The notes: generated by a model from the letters alone, not told the origin. Positions 29,512 through 39,895 are shown, numbered from the stretch's first letter. The stretch: 64,000 bases of DNA from an uncultured Clostridia bacterium (GCA_947589185.1 CANQCK010000002.1:60925-124924); one strand, 5' to 3'. Numbers and translations: made by a program.

Positions 29512-30426
29512 CTAATTTGCTTTAAATACCGATTTAATCTGTTCTTTAAAGGTGTCGTCAACTGTAAATCTATATCCGTTTCCCGACCATGTTCCCGTCG
29601 GTATAAGCGTATCGGCAGGATTGTCGAAATTATCCATTACATAATAATAGAAATCTTTTGTTTTTTCAAAATCACCGGCATTGAAATTCTTCTCTGCCGA
29701 TTCTTTAAGCAGCGTGGAATATATTGAATCAAGATTATCCCTTGTCGTTTGCAGTTTAAATCCGCTGTTTATAAGACTCTTCATCATATCTCCTGCGGTC
29801 TGCACGTTCTGAGAATATCCGTTTTTGTATTTTGGATATGTCATAAACAGTCTTATCTGATAACCCTGAAGTGAAATTTTATCTCCTTTTTTATAGTTTA
29901 CAACATCATCGGAATCATTGTCAACATAGTACATATTCTCCAGCACTTCATATGTAATGCTTCCTATATTATCGCATAAATTTTCAAAGCATTGCTCTCC
30001 CATTGACATATATCTGTCAATGCCGATGCCCAAAATTTCAGATACAGTTTTTGCTGTTTCGGCAGCGCCGCTTGCTTTGAAGACCTGATCCAATGTCTGG
30101 CTTGCACCGTCGGCAGACATTGTTGTGTACGGAGACAGCGGAACAAGCATAATCTTTCCGTCAGCAGGCATAAATCTTGCAAGCATAGCGGCGTCGAGAT
30201 TATTGTCGTCATTCTTGACCATATACAAAAAAGTCTGATTATTTTCCTCTGTCGGGTTGCTGTCCGCTACGGAAACGGACGACGCTATTCGCTCCGGCTC
30301 AAGAACTTTATTCATTAAACCTATCGCAATTGCACCAAAAATCACAATGAAAACTATCATTGTCGAAAAATAAACAAGTGCAATAGGAGCTTGAGATTTT
30401 CTTTTTTTATTCTTATTTTCAGCCAT
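29512..30426 (-). CDS. membrane-anchored LytR/CpsA/Psr (LCP)-like protein
   Basis: Basic N-terminus, one TM segment and an extracellular domain with weak LCP-like stretches (AAMLARF..KIMLVPL, IGIDRYMSM). Confidence 0.4.
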   Translation of the reverse strand: MAENKNKKRKSQAPIALVYFSTMIVFIVIFGAIAIGLMNKVLEPERIASSVSVADSNPTEENNQTFLYMVKNDDNNLDAAMLARFMPADGKIMLVPLSPYTTMSADGASQTLDQVFKASGAAETAKTVSEILGIGIDRYMSMGEQCFENLCDNIGSITYEVLENMYYVDNDSDDVVNYKKGDKISLQGYQIRLFMTYPKYKNGYSQNVQTAGDMMKSLINSGFKLQTTRDNLDSIYSTLLKESAEKNFNAGDFEKTKDFYYYVMDNFDNPADTLIPTGTWSGNGYRFTVDDTFKEQIKSVFKAN

Positions 30427-30538
30427 AAAATTCTCTCCTAAAACAATATTGGTTTATCCGACTATTTTATTAATTTAAAATATTAAACACTTGAAACTTA
30501 TTAAATAAAGGTGTAAACTAAATAGGTCAAATGAACTT

Positions 30539-31108
30539 TTATTTCAAAATCGGTGCATTATTTTTTATATCAATTATGTGAACATCAATGCCTTTTCTTA
30601 AAGCATAATTAATAGTCTGACCTGTTCCGCTCCTATAATTATCTACAACAGCGATTATCTTTGAAGAATTGTCAACCATAAAACGGTTTCTGTTCTGCAT
30701 ACAATTTTGTGTATACTTATCTTCCAGAATATAAACCTTGTCAGCAGACGCAACTATATTGTCATACTCCCATTTTTCAGAGCTTCTCAGCTTTTTTCCG
30801 TGCCCATAGTACGGAATTGCACATATTAGCTTTAAATTCGGATTTTTAACACGCTTTTCGTATACATACCTCGCTGCCCAAAGGTCTATACCCCTTGCCA
30901 TTCCCGTAATAAAATTGGTATAACCGTTCTCAATGGCGTCTTCAATTTCCAAATACAGCATACTTATAAGCCGTCTTATCTGCGGAGAGTTTATATTTCC
31001 CTTCTGAGCCAGCTTTTCAGGTCTGTGCCCTGAAAAACAGCAGGTGCGATCTATGTCAAATCCGTCGTTTGTTATTGTAATCTTTGCCAAAACTTTCCCC
31101 TCTAACAC
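30539..31108 (-). CDS. SLOG-family protein, DUF1273 / YpsA-like
   Basis: CCFSGHRPEKL near the N-terminus and GMARGIDLWAA. Start uncertain (GTG 31108 or a TTG near 31090). Confidence 0.7.
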   Translation of the reverse strand: MLEGKVLAKITITNDGFDIDRTCCFSGHRPEKLAQKGNINSPQIRRLISMLYLEIEDAIENGYTNFITGMARGIDLWAARYVYEKRVKNPNLKLICAIPYYGHGKKLRSSEKWEYDNIVASADKVYILEDKYTQNCMQNRNRFMVDNSSKIIAVVDNYRSGTGQTINYALRKGIDVHIIDIKNNAPILK

Positions 31109-31215
31109 CGCTGACGGCAGTAATTATTATAAAATATGCTCTTATATAGCATATCACAAACTCAGAAAATTATCAATAGCCAGTTATAAAAGAAATACAA
31201 AGAAAGGAAAATTTT

Positions 31216-32382
31216 ATGTCTTATTTAAAAAGAGCCTGGGCTGAGATCCATTTAGACCGCATTAAAGCCAATATAGATAACTACAGGAAATTCTTAAAGC
31301 CTGAAACTGAACTGCTATGTGTAGTTAAGGCAAACTGCTACGGAAACGGCGATGACGCCGTTGTTCCTTATCTTGAAAACGAACTCGGTATAAACTGGTT
31401 TGCTGTATCTAACATAGAAGAGGCAAAGCATTTAAGAGATATTGGCATTTCAGGTGAAATACTTATTTTAGGCTACACACCTCCCGAATATGCAAGAGAA
31501 CTTATTGATTATGATATTATTCAGACTATAACAGATGAAAGCCATGCCGAAGAACTTTCAAAATGCTCGCCTTTCGGAAAGCGTGTACGTACACACTGTG
31601 CACTTGATACTGGTATGACCAGAATAGGCATCTGTGAAAGCACTATAGAAAAGTCTTGCGATGTTATTGAGCGTATATCTAAGCTAAGAGGAATACAGCT
31701 GGAAGGTATTTTCACTCATTTTGCATCTGCTGACAGCGATGATGAAAACGATATAAATTACACAAAAAAACAAGCAGAACAAATTACATACGCTGCAAAA
31801 GAACTGAAAAAACGTCTTGTTGTTTTGAATCAGATACACTTCCTTAATTCTGCGGGAGGGGTATATCATTCAAACGGCGAAAGCACCCTTGCAAGACTCG
31901 GAATAATTATGTACGGACTAAAACCGAATTCTCAACTTGATGTTCCCTTTAAACTTGAGCCTGCTCTTGACTTCAAAGCCTGTGTTTCTATGGTTAAAGA
32001 AGTTGACAGCGGTTTATTTGTCAGCTACGGAAGAACATATACAACATCAAAGCCTACAAAAATTGCAACTGTCCCCGTCGGATACGCTGACGGTTACCCG
32101 AGATTTCTGTCGAATAAAGGAGAGATTCTAATTCACGGTAAAAGAGCCAAAATAATCGGCAGGGTATGTATGGATCAGCTTATGTGCGACGTCACAGGTA
32201 TAGACGTTAAAACCGGCGATACTGTAACGCTTATCGGTTCGGACGGCAATGAAACAATTACCGCAGACGATATTGCCGATATTGGCAATACTATCGGATA
32301 TGAAATCATATGCAACATTTCAAAACGTGTTCCGAGAGTTATTTACAATAACGGCAGGCAAATCGACATATTAAAGTATTGA
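31216..32382 (+). CDS. alr: alanine racemase
   Basis: VVKANCYGNG PLP-lysine motif; 388 aa. Confidence 0.92.
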   Translation: MSYLKRAWAEIHLDRIKANIDNYRKFLKPETELLCVVKANCYGNGDDAVVPYLENELGINWFAVSNIEEAKHLRDIGISGEILILGYTPPEYARELIDYDIIQTITDESHAEELSKCSPFGKRVRTHCALDTGMTRIGICESTIEKSCDVIERISKLRGIQLEGIFTHFASADSDDENDINYTKKQAEQITYAAKELKKRLVVLNQIHFLNSAGGVYHSNGESTLARLGIIMYGLKPNSQLDVPFKLEPALDFKACVSMVKEVDSGLFVSYGRTYTTSKPTKIATVPVGYADGYPRFLSNKGEILIHGKRAKIIGRVCMDQLMCDVTGIDVKTGDTVTLIGSDGNETITADDIADIGNTIGYEIICNISKRVPRVIYNNGRQIDILKY

Positions 32383-32452
32383 TCAATCTATTGACAAAAT
32401 TTTAATAGTATAATATAATTTTGTTAAATAATTCTTATTGGAGGACTTTAAA

Positions 32453-33397
32453 ATGCCAAAATTCTGTTCGCAATGCGGATCGCCGCTGAATGGTGACGCA
32501 TTGTTTTGCAGCTCATGCGGAGCAAAAGTAGCCGGCACCGGTGAAACTACAGATGAAAATACACCGATTACACCTGAAATTAAGAAAAATGACGAAACCA
32601 AAGTAATAAGTGCTGAAGAAAATACAACTGCCGATAATGAAAATACAGTAACTGAAACAGAAAAAAGCGATGCATCAAATGAAACCGTTTCAGCAAACGA
32701 AACCTCCGATACTGTTACTGATAATGAAGCTGTAAACAATACACCTTCGCAAGAACCCTCTGAAGTTAAGCAGCCATCAGAAGAACCTACTGCAATCGAC
32801 AAAGGTATTGCATTTGCAAAAGATAAAATCAGCGACGGTTACGACAAATTCAAGACAAGCCCCAACCGTGACAAATATATCGGGTTTTCTGCTATAGGAA
32901 TAGTATTTATCGTTATTATATGTCTTTTAGCGTCTGTTTTTTCCGGAGGCGGCTATAAAAGTGCCGTTAAAGATTATATGAGTGCCGTTGAAAACGGAGA
33001 CTTTGATGACTATGCAGATTCTTTGCCTAAAATAATTTATAAATCTATTCTCAAAAACCAATACAATGGCGATAAAATTGATATGAAAAATGATTTTAAG
33101 GAACAAGAGGGCAATTTATCTTCTGTAATAGATGATATTGATTATGATATTTTAGATGTCGATAAAATTGATCCCGATGATGTTGAGGAAAGTCTGAGAG
33201 AACAATACGAGTTATATGTTGATAAAAAAATCAAGGTTTCAAAGGCATATCAGGTAGATGTTAAAATAATTGCCGAGCTTGACGACGACTTTGCCGATGA
33301 AAAAAACAGAGTCAGACAGACTCTTATTGTCGCTAAGGTAAACGGCGACTGGGGAGTGATCAACAATCCTATTGCAATACTCAACAATTTGTTATAA
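32453..33397 (+). CDS. zinc-ribbon membrane protein with acidic linker
   Basis: MPKFCSQCGSPL..CSSCGAKV, a T/E/N-rich linker, one TM segment and an extracellular domain. ATG 32453 has GGAGGA 7 nt upstream. Confidence 0.6.
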   Translation: MPKFCSQCGSPLNGDALFCSSCGAKVAGTGETTDENTPITPEIKKNDETKVISAEENTTADNENTVTETEKSDASNETVSANETSDTVTDNEAVNNTPSQEPSEVKQPSEEPTAIDKGIAFAKDKISDGYDKFKTSPNRDKYIGFSAIGIVFIVIICLLASVFSGGGYKSAVKDYMSAVENGDFDDYADSLPKIIYKSILKNQYNGDKIDMKNDFKEQEGNLSSVIDDIDYDILDVDKIDPDDVEESLREQYELYVDKKIKVSKAYQVDVKIIAELDDDFADEKNRVRQTLIVAKVNGDWGVINNPIAILNNLL

Positions 33398-33441
33398 TGT
33401 TAATTAAAAGCTGAAAAATCATAGATATGGTATATACTTAA

Positions 33442-33476
33442 AACAGACGCTCAAGATTTAGAGTGTCTGTTTTTTT
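33442..33476 (+). terminator. intrinsic terminator
   Basis: ACAGACGCTC..GAGTGTCTGT hairpin followed by T7. Confidence 0.7.
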
Positions 33477-33556
33477 GCTTGCGTTTTGAAGTCATTTATA
33501 GTATAATAATGTGAACATAAAACACTTGATTTGTTTGATAAGAAAGGATTTTTCAA

Positions 33557-34066
33557 ATGGCTAACATATTTAAAATTAAAATTTTCAATAAGGAATATAA
33601 CATACAAACAGAGGAGTCGGAGGAATACACAAAAAAGCTGGCTGATACGCTTAACAAAAAGCTGTACGAAATCGTTCAGGGAACATCTCAGATGACGCCT
33701 GTTGACGGTGCTGTATTAGTTGCTCTTGACTGCCTTGACAGATCTCTTAAAACCGATATTGATATTGACAAGATAAGAGGTCAGATAAAGGATTATGTCG
33801 ACGACGCAGCAAAATCGGCAGAAAAGCTTAAATCAGCCAATGAAGAGATCTCAATGCTTACCGCAAAAATTGCACGGCTTGAGGACGAGCTTAGAGAAGC
33901 AAACAGATTATTAAACCGTCAGGGATTATCACGTCAGGGGACAAAACAAAAGTTCAATCCCGACTATGACAGATACACAAAAAACGTAAACGAACCAAAA
34001 GGCGATAAAACAACATTTGTTCCGACAAAGAACGGACAAACATCATTCTTTAACAAAGATAAATAG
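33557..34066 (+). CDS. zapA: cell division protein ZapA-like
   Basis: N-terminal ZapA fold sequence (IKIFNKEYNIQTEESEEY..LA) plus a coiled coil. Confidence 0.7.
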   Translation: MANIFKIKIFNKEYNIQTEESEEYTKKLADTLNKKLYEIVQGTSQMTPVDGAVLVALDCLDRSLKTDIDIDKIRGQIKDYVDDAAKSAEKLKSANEEISMLTAKIARLEDELREANRLLNRQGLSRQGTKQKFNPDYDRYTKNVNEPKGDKTTFVPTKNGQTSFFNKDK

Positions 34067-34102
34067 CCTGAAAAACATTTTCAAGCTGTAATGGTGATCG
34101 AT

Positions 34103-36172
34103 ATGGTAGAAATACTTGCACCCTGCGGAAGTTACGAGTCGCTTATCGCCGCTGTTCGTGCCGGTGCAGACGCTGTTTATGTCGGCTCTAAGACTTTTTC
34201 AGCAAGGCAGAATGCCAAAAACTTTGACAGAGAAGAGTTAAGCTCCGCTGTTTTAGAATGTCATAAACACGGTGTTAAGATATATCAAGCTGTTAATACG
34301 GTCGTTTTAGACTCCCAGTTGAGTGAGCTTTCAGACGAATTGGAATTTGCTTGCAAAATAGGTATTGACGGTCTTATCATTCAGGACTTGTGCCTTATAG
34401 AGCTTATAAAAAAGGTCTGCCCGGAAATGCCTGTTCACGCATCGACGCAAATGACTCTGCATACTAAAAACGGCGTGCTTTTTGCCCGTGAACTGGGGTT
34501 TTCCCGAGTTGTTGTTTCAAGAGAAGTCCCAAAAGGGATTTTAACCGAGCTTTGCAGTCTTAACATTGAGATAGAAGCCTTTGTTCACGGTGCTTTATGT
34601 ATGTCTGTATCCGGACAATGTTTTCTTAGTGCTATGATCGGTTCTCGCAGTGCAAATCGAGGTCTTTGTGCGGGTGCGTGCAGACTTCCTTTTTCAGCCG
34701 ATAAAAACAAAGACAGCTATGCTCTGTCGCTTAAAGATATGTCATATATAAAATATTTGCAGGAGCTTAAAAACATCGGCGTTTCGTCTTTTAAGATAGA
34801 AGGACGTATGAAGCGTCCCGAATACACCGCTGCAACAGTCTATGAATGCAAAAAAGCTTTGAACGGTATGCGTCCTGATATGGAACTTTTGAAGTCTGTT
34901 TTTTCACGAAGCGGTTTCACCGACGGATACTACACAGGCGATCTTGGCAAAAATATGTTCGGAATAAGACAAAAAGACGACGTTATATCTGCAAATGATG
35001 TACTTCCCTCAATTCGCTGCCTATATAATGACGAAGTAAAGAAATATAAAATAGATTTTGATATTTATATTCATCTTGAAAAACCGATAATTCTTCGTGC
35101 GGAATCTAATGGGTGTAAAGTCGTTATAACAGGAGAACCTCCGCAAAGAGCCGTCAACCGTCCTATTGATAATGAATTTGTTTCAAAACAGCTTTCTAAA
35201 CTCGGCGGAAGCCAATATGAGGCAGGAACAATAACCTGTGATATTCAAAACGGCGTTATGGTTTCTGCGTCAGTAATCAACAAATTAAGAAGAGATGCTG
35301 TTTCAGCTATAGACAAAGCAGTTTGCGAAAAAAACACTGGAATAATACCTTTTAATAAGGAAAAAGCCGTAAATATAATTTCAGATTTAAACTTAAAGTC
35401 ATACAATGAAATTAAAAGCCCTAAAATCAGAATTTCCCTAAGCAAGATAAATGTTTTAAACGAAATTGATATAACAGATATAGAACTTATTACCATACCA
35501 ATGTCTGAGATAGCAGATATGTCCTGCGAATTGAACGCCAAGCTGAAGGATAAAATATGTATATCTCTTCCGAGGTATATGCACAATGAGCAGAATGTTA
35601 TAGATGAAATTAAGAGTTTAAAGAACAGGGGCTTTTTAAAATATGAAGCCGCTAACCTCGCACATCTGAGAATTCTAAACGAACTAAGCCTTGAGATCCA
35701 CACAGGATTCGGACTTAACATAACAAATTCTCTTGCACTGGAGGCTTTAGCAAAATACAATGTAAAAGACGCAGTTGTTTCATTTGAACTCAAAGCAAAC
35801 GAGATAAACCGTTTGAAAGGTTCTTTAAATTTCGGCGTCATATCCTACGGAAGACTTCCTCTTATGCTCTGTGTAAACTGTCCTATAAAATCGTTTGTCG
35901 GCTGCAAAAACTGTAAGGGTTATTTAACCGACCGTACAGGCCGCAGATTTAAGGTACAGTGCAATAAGCAATACAGATATTACGAGCTTTTGAATTCAGA
36001 TTTACTTTATCTTGCCGACAAGCTGAACGAGTTTAAGAATATATCGTTTCACACTCTTTGCTTCGGCGATGAAACAGGAAAAGAGATAAACGATATAATT
36101 GATTCATTTAAAAGCAGCTTGCCCTGCAAGGGTTCTTTTACAAGAGGTCTTTATTTCAGAGGTATAATTTAA
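34103..36172 (+). CDS. peptidase U32 family protein
   Basis: MVEILAPCGSYESLIAAVRAGADAVYVG and the E..GALC..SGQC motif; ~690 aa. Confidence 0.85.
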   Translation: MVEILAPCGSYESLIAAVRAGADAVYVGSKTFSARQNAKNFDREELSSAVLECHKHGVKIYQAVNTVVLDSQLSELSDELEFACKIGIDGLIIQDLCLIELIKKVCPEMPVHASTQMTLHTKNGVLFARELGFSRVVVSREVPKGILTELCSLNIEIEAFVHGALCMSVSGQCFLSAMIGSRSANRGLCAGACRLPFSADKNKDSYALSLKDMSYIKYLQELKNIGVSSFKIEGRMKRPEYTAATVYECKKALNGMRPDMELLKSVFSRSGFTDGYYTGDLGKNMFGIRQKDDVISANDVLPSIRCLYNDEVKKYKIDFDIYIHLEKPIILRAESNGCKVVITGEPPQRAVNRPIDNEFVSKQLSKLGGSQYEAGTITCDIQNGVMVSASVINKLRRDAVSAIDKAVCEKNTGIIPFNKEKAVNIISDLNLKSYNEIKSPKIRISLSKINVLNEIDITDIELITIPMSEIADMSCELNAKLKDKICISLPRYMHNEQNVIDEIKSLKNRGFLKYEAANLAHLRILNELSLEIHTGFGLNITNSLALEALAKYNVKDAVVSFELKANEINRLKGSLNFGVISYGRLPLMLCVNCPIKSFVGCKNCKGYLTDRTGRRFKVQCNKQYRYYELLNSDLLYLADKLNEFKNISFHTLCFGDETGKEINDIIDSFKSSLPCKGSFTRGLYFRGII

Positions 36173-37536
36173 GATGAGTTGTTTCTGTTAAAATACCTAT
36201 TTGTTTCGTTTATAACTTCTTTAGACAAAACTACCAAGGCAATCAGATTAGGTATAGCCATAAGACCGTTAAAGGTATCTGAAATTTCCCATACAAATTC
36301 AAGACTGGAAACGGCTCCGAGATAAACAAATACGCAGAAAATTATTTTATAAATTTTATTCTTTGCACGGGGAAACAGATAGCAAAAAGCATTTTCACCG
36401 ATAAACGACCACCCTATCAATGTAGCTAACGCAAATAAAACAATCGAAACAGATACAAAATATCCGCCGAAGCTTCCGAATCCGCTTTCAAATGCTCTAA
36501 CTACAATCTCTGCGCCCTCGTCTTTTGCAAGAGGCGTTCCGCTTACAAGAATTACAAGTGCTGTTATCGTGCATACTGCTATAGTATCGATAAACACTTC
36601 AAATATCCCCCAAAAGCCCTGTTCGACGGGTTGTTTGATATTTGACGAGGAATGGACGCTGACTGTAGAGCCTAACCCTGCTTCATTTGAAAACACACCT
36701 CTTCGTATGCCGATAGAAACTGCTTTTTTTATACCTGCACCTGCTACACCTCCCGCTGCCGACTTAAAGCAGAATGCGTTTTTAAAAATAGATAAAAACT
36801 CGGGCAAAAGTCTTTTATGCTTTAAACATAAAATTATAACAGCTCCTGCTAAAAAGAAAATTGTCATAAAGGGAACGATAAGTTCACAAACACTCTGAGT
36901 ACGTTGTGCTCCTCCGAGCATAACTATTAAAACAAACGCAAATAATACTACGCCGCAGCAAATTTTCGGTATATGAAAGCCTTGAGAAAGCGATGCGGAA
37001 ATAGAATTTCCCTGTGCCATATTTCCCATTCCGAATGAAGCCAAAACACAAAACAGTGCGAATAATTTCGCAAGAGGTTTTGCTTTCATTCCCTTTTCTA
37101 TGTATGTATATGCACCGCCAGTTATTCTGCCGTTTTTGTCTCTTGTACGGTACAAAATCCCAAGAACATTTTCTGCATAAGCAGTGCTCATTCCCAAAAA
37201 TGCACACACCCACATCCAGAATATTGAACCGCTCCCGCCGATAGCCAATGCGGTTGCAACTCCAACAATACTTCCTGTGCCTATTGTTGCAGCCAACGCT
37301 GTCGAGAGACTTCCTAGCTGAGAAAGGCTGTGCTTTCCGACAGATGTTCTTGTTTGTTTTTTAAAAAGCGACAGTAAAGTTTTCTTTGTGATTAATTTTA
37401 CTTTTTTAAATTGAATACCCTTTAATCTCAGTGTAAAATATATACCTACAAATAAAAACGCACTGAGTGTAAAAGGTCCCCATACAAAGGAATTAATTTT
37501 CTCATTAAAATCTATAATCAGATTCACACTTATCAC
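36169..37536 (-). CDS. alanine/glycine:cation symporter (AGCS family)
   Basis: 455-aa polytopic protein with typical AGCS sequence (GTGSIVGVATA, FSNEAGLGS). Confidence 0.85.
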   Translation of the reverse strand: MISVNLIIDFNEKINSFVWGPFTLSAFLFVGIYFTLRLKGIQFKKVKLITKKTLLSLFKKQTRTSVGKHSLSQLGSLSTALAATIGTGSIVGVATALAIGGSGSIFWMWVCAFLGMSTAYAENVLGILYRTRDKNGRITGGAYTYIEKGMKAKPLAKLFALFCVLASFGMGNMAQGNSISASLSQGFHIPKICCGVVLFAFVLIVMLGGAQRTQSVCELIVPFMTIFFLAGAVIILCLKHKRLLPEFLSIFKNAFCFKSAAGGVAGAGIKKAVSIGIRRGVFSNEAGLGSTVSVHSSSNIKQPVEQGFWGIFEVFIDTIAVCTITALVILVSGTPLAKDEGAEIVVRAFESGFGSFGGYFVSVSIVLFALATLIGWSFIGENAFCYLFPRAKNKIYKIIFCVFVYLGAVSSLEFVWEISDTFNGLMAIPNLIALVVLSKEVINETNRYFNRNNSS

Positions 37537-37620
37537 TCCGATTTGAAAAACTGATTATTAAAAAAGTATTGCCCTATATCATTTATACACCGTTTGAGCG
37601 TATGTGCTCAAAATTTCTAT

Positions 37621-37657
37621 AGGAGGAATGCTCTTTTAAGAGCACAGTTATATTATG
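37621..37657 (+). promoter_or_regulatory. SD-hairpin-AUG cassette, instance 3
   Basis: AGGAGGAA-UGCUCU(UUUA)AGAGCA-CAGUUAUAUU-AUG. Confidence 0.55.
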
Positions 37658-38101
37658 AAAAGATATGCTCCCAATAAAAACGCTTTAATATCAATAAGAA
37701 TTATTATTTTGGTTTTAGCCGCAGCAGTCACTGCATTGAGTTATATGTTTTTTAATAACCATAATATTATTATGTGGATTATAATCTCTGTATGCTGGAT
37801 AACAGCTATTTTGTACGGAGTTTTTTTCCTGCCTATATATTTCAAACACACGGTATATAACATATACGAAGATGACATTAGAAAAAAAACAGGTATGATA
37901 TTTTTTTCAAAGCAATATATGAAGATACGTTCCATACAATACATTTCTACCATAATCACACCGTTTTCAAAACTGACCGCACTGAATTTTATTATTGTAA
38001 ACGCATGGGGAGGAAGAATGATATTTTGCTTTTTGACCCGTGATGAGACAATGGAACTTTCATCTTATCTTGATGAAATTGCAAAAAACAATAATAATTA
38101 A
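37655..38101 (+). CDS. bacterial PH-domain membrane protein (YdbS-like)
   Basis: 148 aa with two TM segments followed by a bPH2-type domain. Paired with a YdbT-like gene. Confidence 0.65.
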   Translation: MKRYAPNKNALISIRIIILVLAAAVTALSYMFFNNHNIIMWIIISVCWITAILYGVFFLPIYFKHTVYNIYEDDIRKKTGMIFFSKQYMKIRSIQYISTIITPFSKLTALNFIIVNAWGGRMIFCFLTRDETMELSSYLDEIAKNNNN

Positions 38102-38139
38102 GTACTCAGTTAAAATTCAAAGGAAAGGCGGGCAGACAA

Positions 38140-39612
38140 ATGCTTGAGAAACATCTTTTTTCATACTTATTCAAATCAAGACAGCATCCGATAAAGATTT
38201 TCACATATACAACAAGCGGTTTCTGGCTGCTGCTTATCCCGCTGGCACGAAAGCTATACCGATTGAGCTTTGACGTAGCTGAATGGTTCAGAGGCGACTG
38301 GCTTGACATTATTATCATATCGCTTATTTTTGGCTTTGCATTTTTAAGATGGTTCTTTATAACCTTTTCAATTGACGAAGATACCATAAAAACAGGTACG
38401 GGATATTTCGGCCTTATAAAATCAAAGTTCAATTATAATGCTATCTGCTCTGTCACTTGCAGTCAAGGTCCGTTTTACCGTTTTTTCGGCTGCTATAAGG
38501 TCTGTATTGACACAAATTCTAATTCAATGAAAGGTCACGATGTTACACTTACCTTAAAAAAATCTGATTTTACGCATCTTACTAATATTCTAAAAGAAAA
38601 AAATATAGGCAAAGTCAAATACAGCTACACACCGAAAAAAGTTCATTTGATTACTTTTTCCTTTTTATTTTCTTCAACTCTTTCTGGGGTTATTCTTCTG
38701 GCTACTTTAATGATTCAGGTAAGCCGTATCATCGGCAGACAGCTTGAACAAAAATATCTTACGATCGTAAACGACAGAATTCAGAACTTTCTTACTATAA
38801 ATCTTCCGCCTATTGCAGTTGCCGTAGCGTCTGTAATTGTAATCGGATGGCTGTATTCATTTGCAGTCAATCTTCTAAGACACTGGAACTTTACAACAGT
38901 AAGACAAGGCGACAGTATTATCATCAAATCAGGGTTTATCACTAACAGAGAAAATGTCATTATGCGAAATAAAATATATTCCGTTGATTTGCGTCAGAAC
39001 TTCTTTATGAGAATGTTCCAAATATGCTCGGTCAATATAGACTGTGCAGGATACGGAAAGGGAAAACGTCAGATAGCGGTTCTGCTGCCTGTTACCACAA
39101 ACAGAGAAGTACACAACTCTCTTAAAATTCTTCTGCCCGATCACATAAACCCTCACAACAAGCTGAAAAGCAGATTCAGAGACTTTATAGGATTTACTAC
39201 CCCTCCGTTCCTGCTGGGAATATGTATTCCTATTTTAGCTTACATTCTGTGGCGGATATTCCCCGAATGGCTGATTATTATAAGGTTTGTCGCTTTTATT
39301 GCTGAAATACCTGTGTTCTGGCTGTTTGTTGTTAAATTTGCGTCTATCTTCACAACAGGAGTGGGTTTTGAAGACGGCTATGCTGTTTTGAATTACTGCA
39401 AACTGTATCAATTCCACAGAGTTACAATACCTGCCCATCAGATTACCAGAATTGACTACTATCAAACAATAATCCAAAAGTGGAACAATAATTGCAGTCT
39501 TAGAATTTACACCTGCTCAGAAAAAATCAAATGCCATAAGGTTAAAAACTTTCCGTTAAAGCAAGCCTTAACTCTTCTCGAAAATCAAGGTTATCATATG
39601 GAAGTTAAATAG
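38140..39612 (+). CDS. triple bacterial PH-domain membrane protein (YdbT-like)
   Basis: 490 aa with repeated TM-pair plus PH-like modules. Confidence 0.65.
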   Translation: MLEKHLFSYLFKSRQHPIKIFTYTTSGFWLLLIPLARKLYRLSFDVAEWFRGDWLDIIIISLIFGFAFLRWFFITFSIDEDTIKTGTGYFGLIKSKFNYNAICSVTCSQGPFYRFFGCYKVCIDTNSNSMKGHDVTLTLKKSDFTHLTNILKEKNIGKVKYSYTPKKVHLITFSFLFSSTLSGVILLATLMIQVSRIIGRQLEQKYLTIVNDRIQNFLTINLPPIAVAVASVIVIGWLYSFAVNLLRHWNFTTVRQGDSIIIKSGFITNRENVIMRNKIYSVDLRQNFFMRMFQICSVNIDCAGYGKGKRQIAVLLPVTTNREVHNSLKILLPDHINPHNKLKSRFRDFIGFTTPPFLLGICIPILAYILWRIFPEWLIIIRFVAFIAEIPVFWLFVVKFASIFTTGVGFEDGYAVLNYCKLYQFHRVTIPAHQITRIDYYQTIIQKWNNNCSLRIYTCSEKIKCHKVKNFPLKQALTLLENQGYHMEVK

Positions 39613-39650
39613 CAATTTTTTAATTTTTTAGAAAAATTCAATTAAAAGCC

Positions 39651-39679
39651 TTGACAAGCACTTTTTCTTACTGTATAAT
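39651..39679 (+). promoter_or_regulatory. sigmaA promoter for the tRNA pair
   Basis: TTGACA-17 nt-TATAAT, both hexamers at consensus. Confidence 0.75.
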
Positions 39680-39702
39680 AAGCTAGTCGCTATTTAGCAG
39701 TA

Positions 39703-39779
39703 GGCTGTATAGCTCAGTTGGCTAGAGCATTCGGTTCATACCCGGAGTGTCACTGGTTCAAATCCAGTTACAGCCACCA
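39703..39779 (+). tRNA. tRNA-Met (CAT), elongator type
   Basis: Cloverleaf with acceptor GGCTGTA/TACAGCC, anticodon loop TTCATAC, T-loop TTCAAAT and encoded CCA. Confidence 0.88.
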
Positions 39780-39782
39780 TAC

Positions 39783-39857
39783 GGCCCGTTGGTCAAGAGG
39801 TTAAGACGCCGCCCTTTCACGGCGGAATCATGGGTTCAATTCCCGTACGGGTCACCA
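39783..39857 (+). tRNA. tRNA-Glu (TTC)
   Basis: GGCCCGTTGGTCAAG..CCTTTCACGG..GGTTCAATTCCCGTACGGGTCACCA, nearly identical to Bacillus tRNA-Glu. Confidence 0.93.
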
Positions 39858-39860
39858 AAA

Positions 39861-39895
39861 AGCAGTTCGGACATTTATGTTCGGACTGCTTTTTT
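39861..39895 (+). terminator. intrinsic terminator after tRNA-Glu (T2 type)
   Basis: 13-bp stem AGCAGTTCGGACA / TGTTCGGACTGCT (2 G-U pairs) followed by T5. Confidence 0.8.

Noticed and set aside
32383-32802. 139-aa minus-strand ORF overlapping the zinc-ribbon gene
   Set aside because: It is the antisense reading of the acidic low-complexity linker, gives an S/V/F-rich product and has no SD. The plus-strand gene has a strong SD and zinc-ribbon motifs.
37537-37654. Looked for a glycine riboswitch upstream of the alanine/glycine symporter
   Set aside because: The 118-bp divergent region is too short and lacks the conserved glycine-riboswitch core elements. Only a simple hairpin (TTTGAGC..GCTCAAA) is present.
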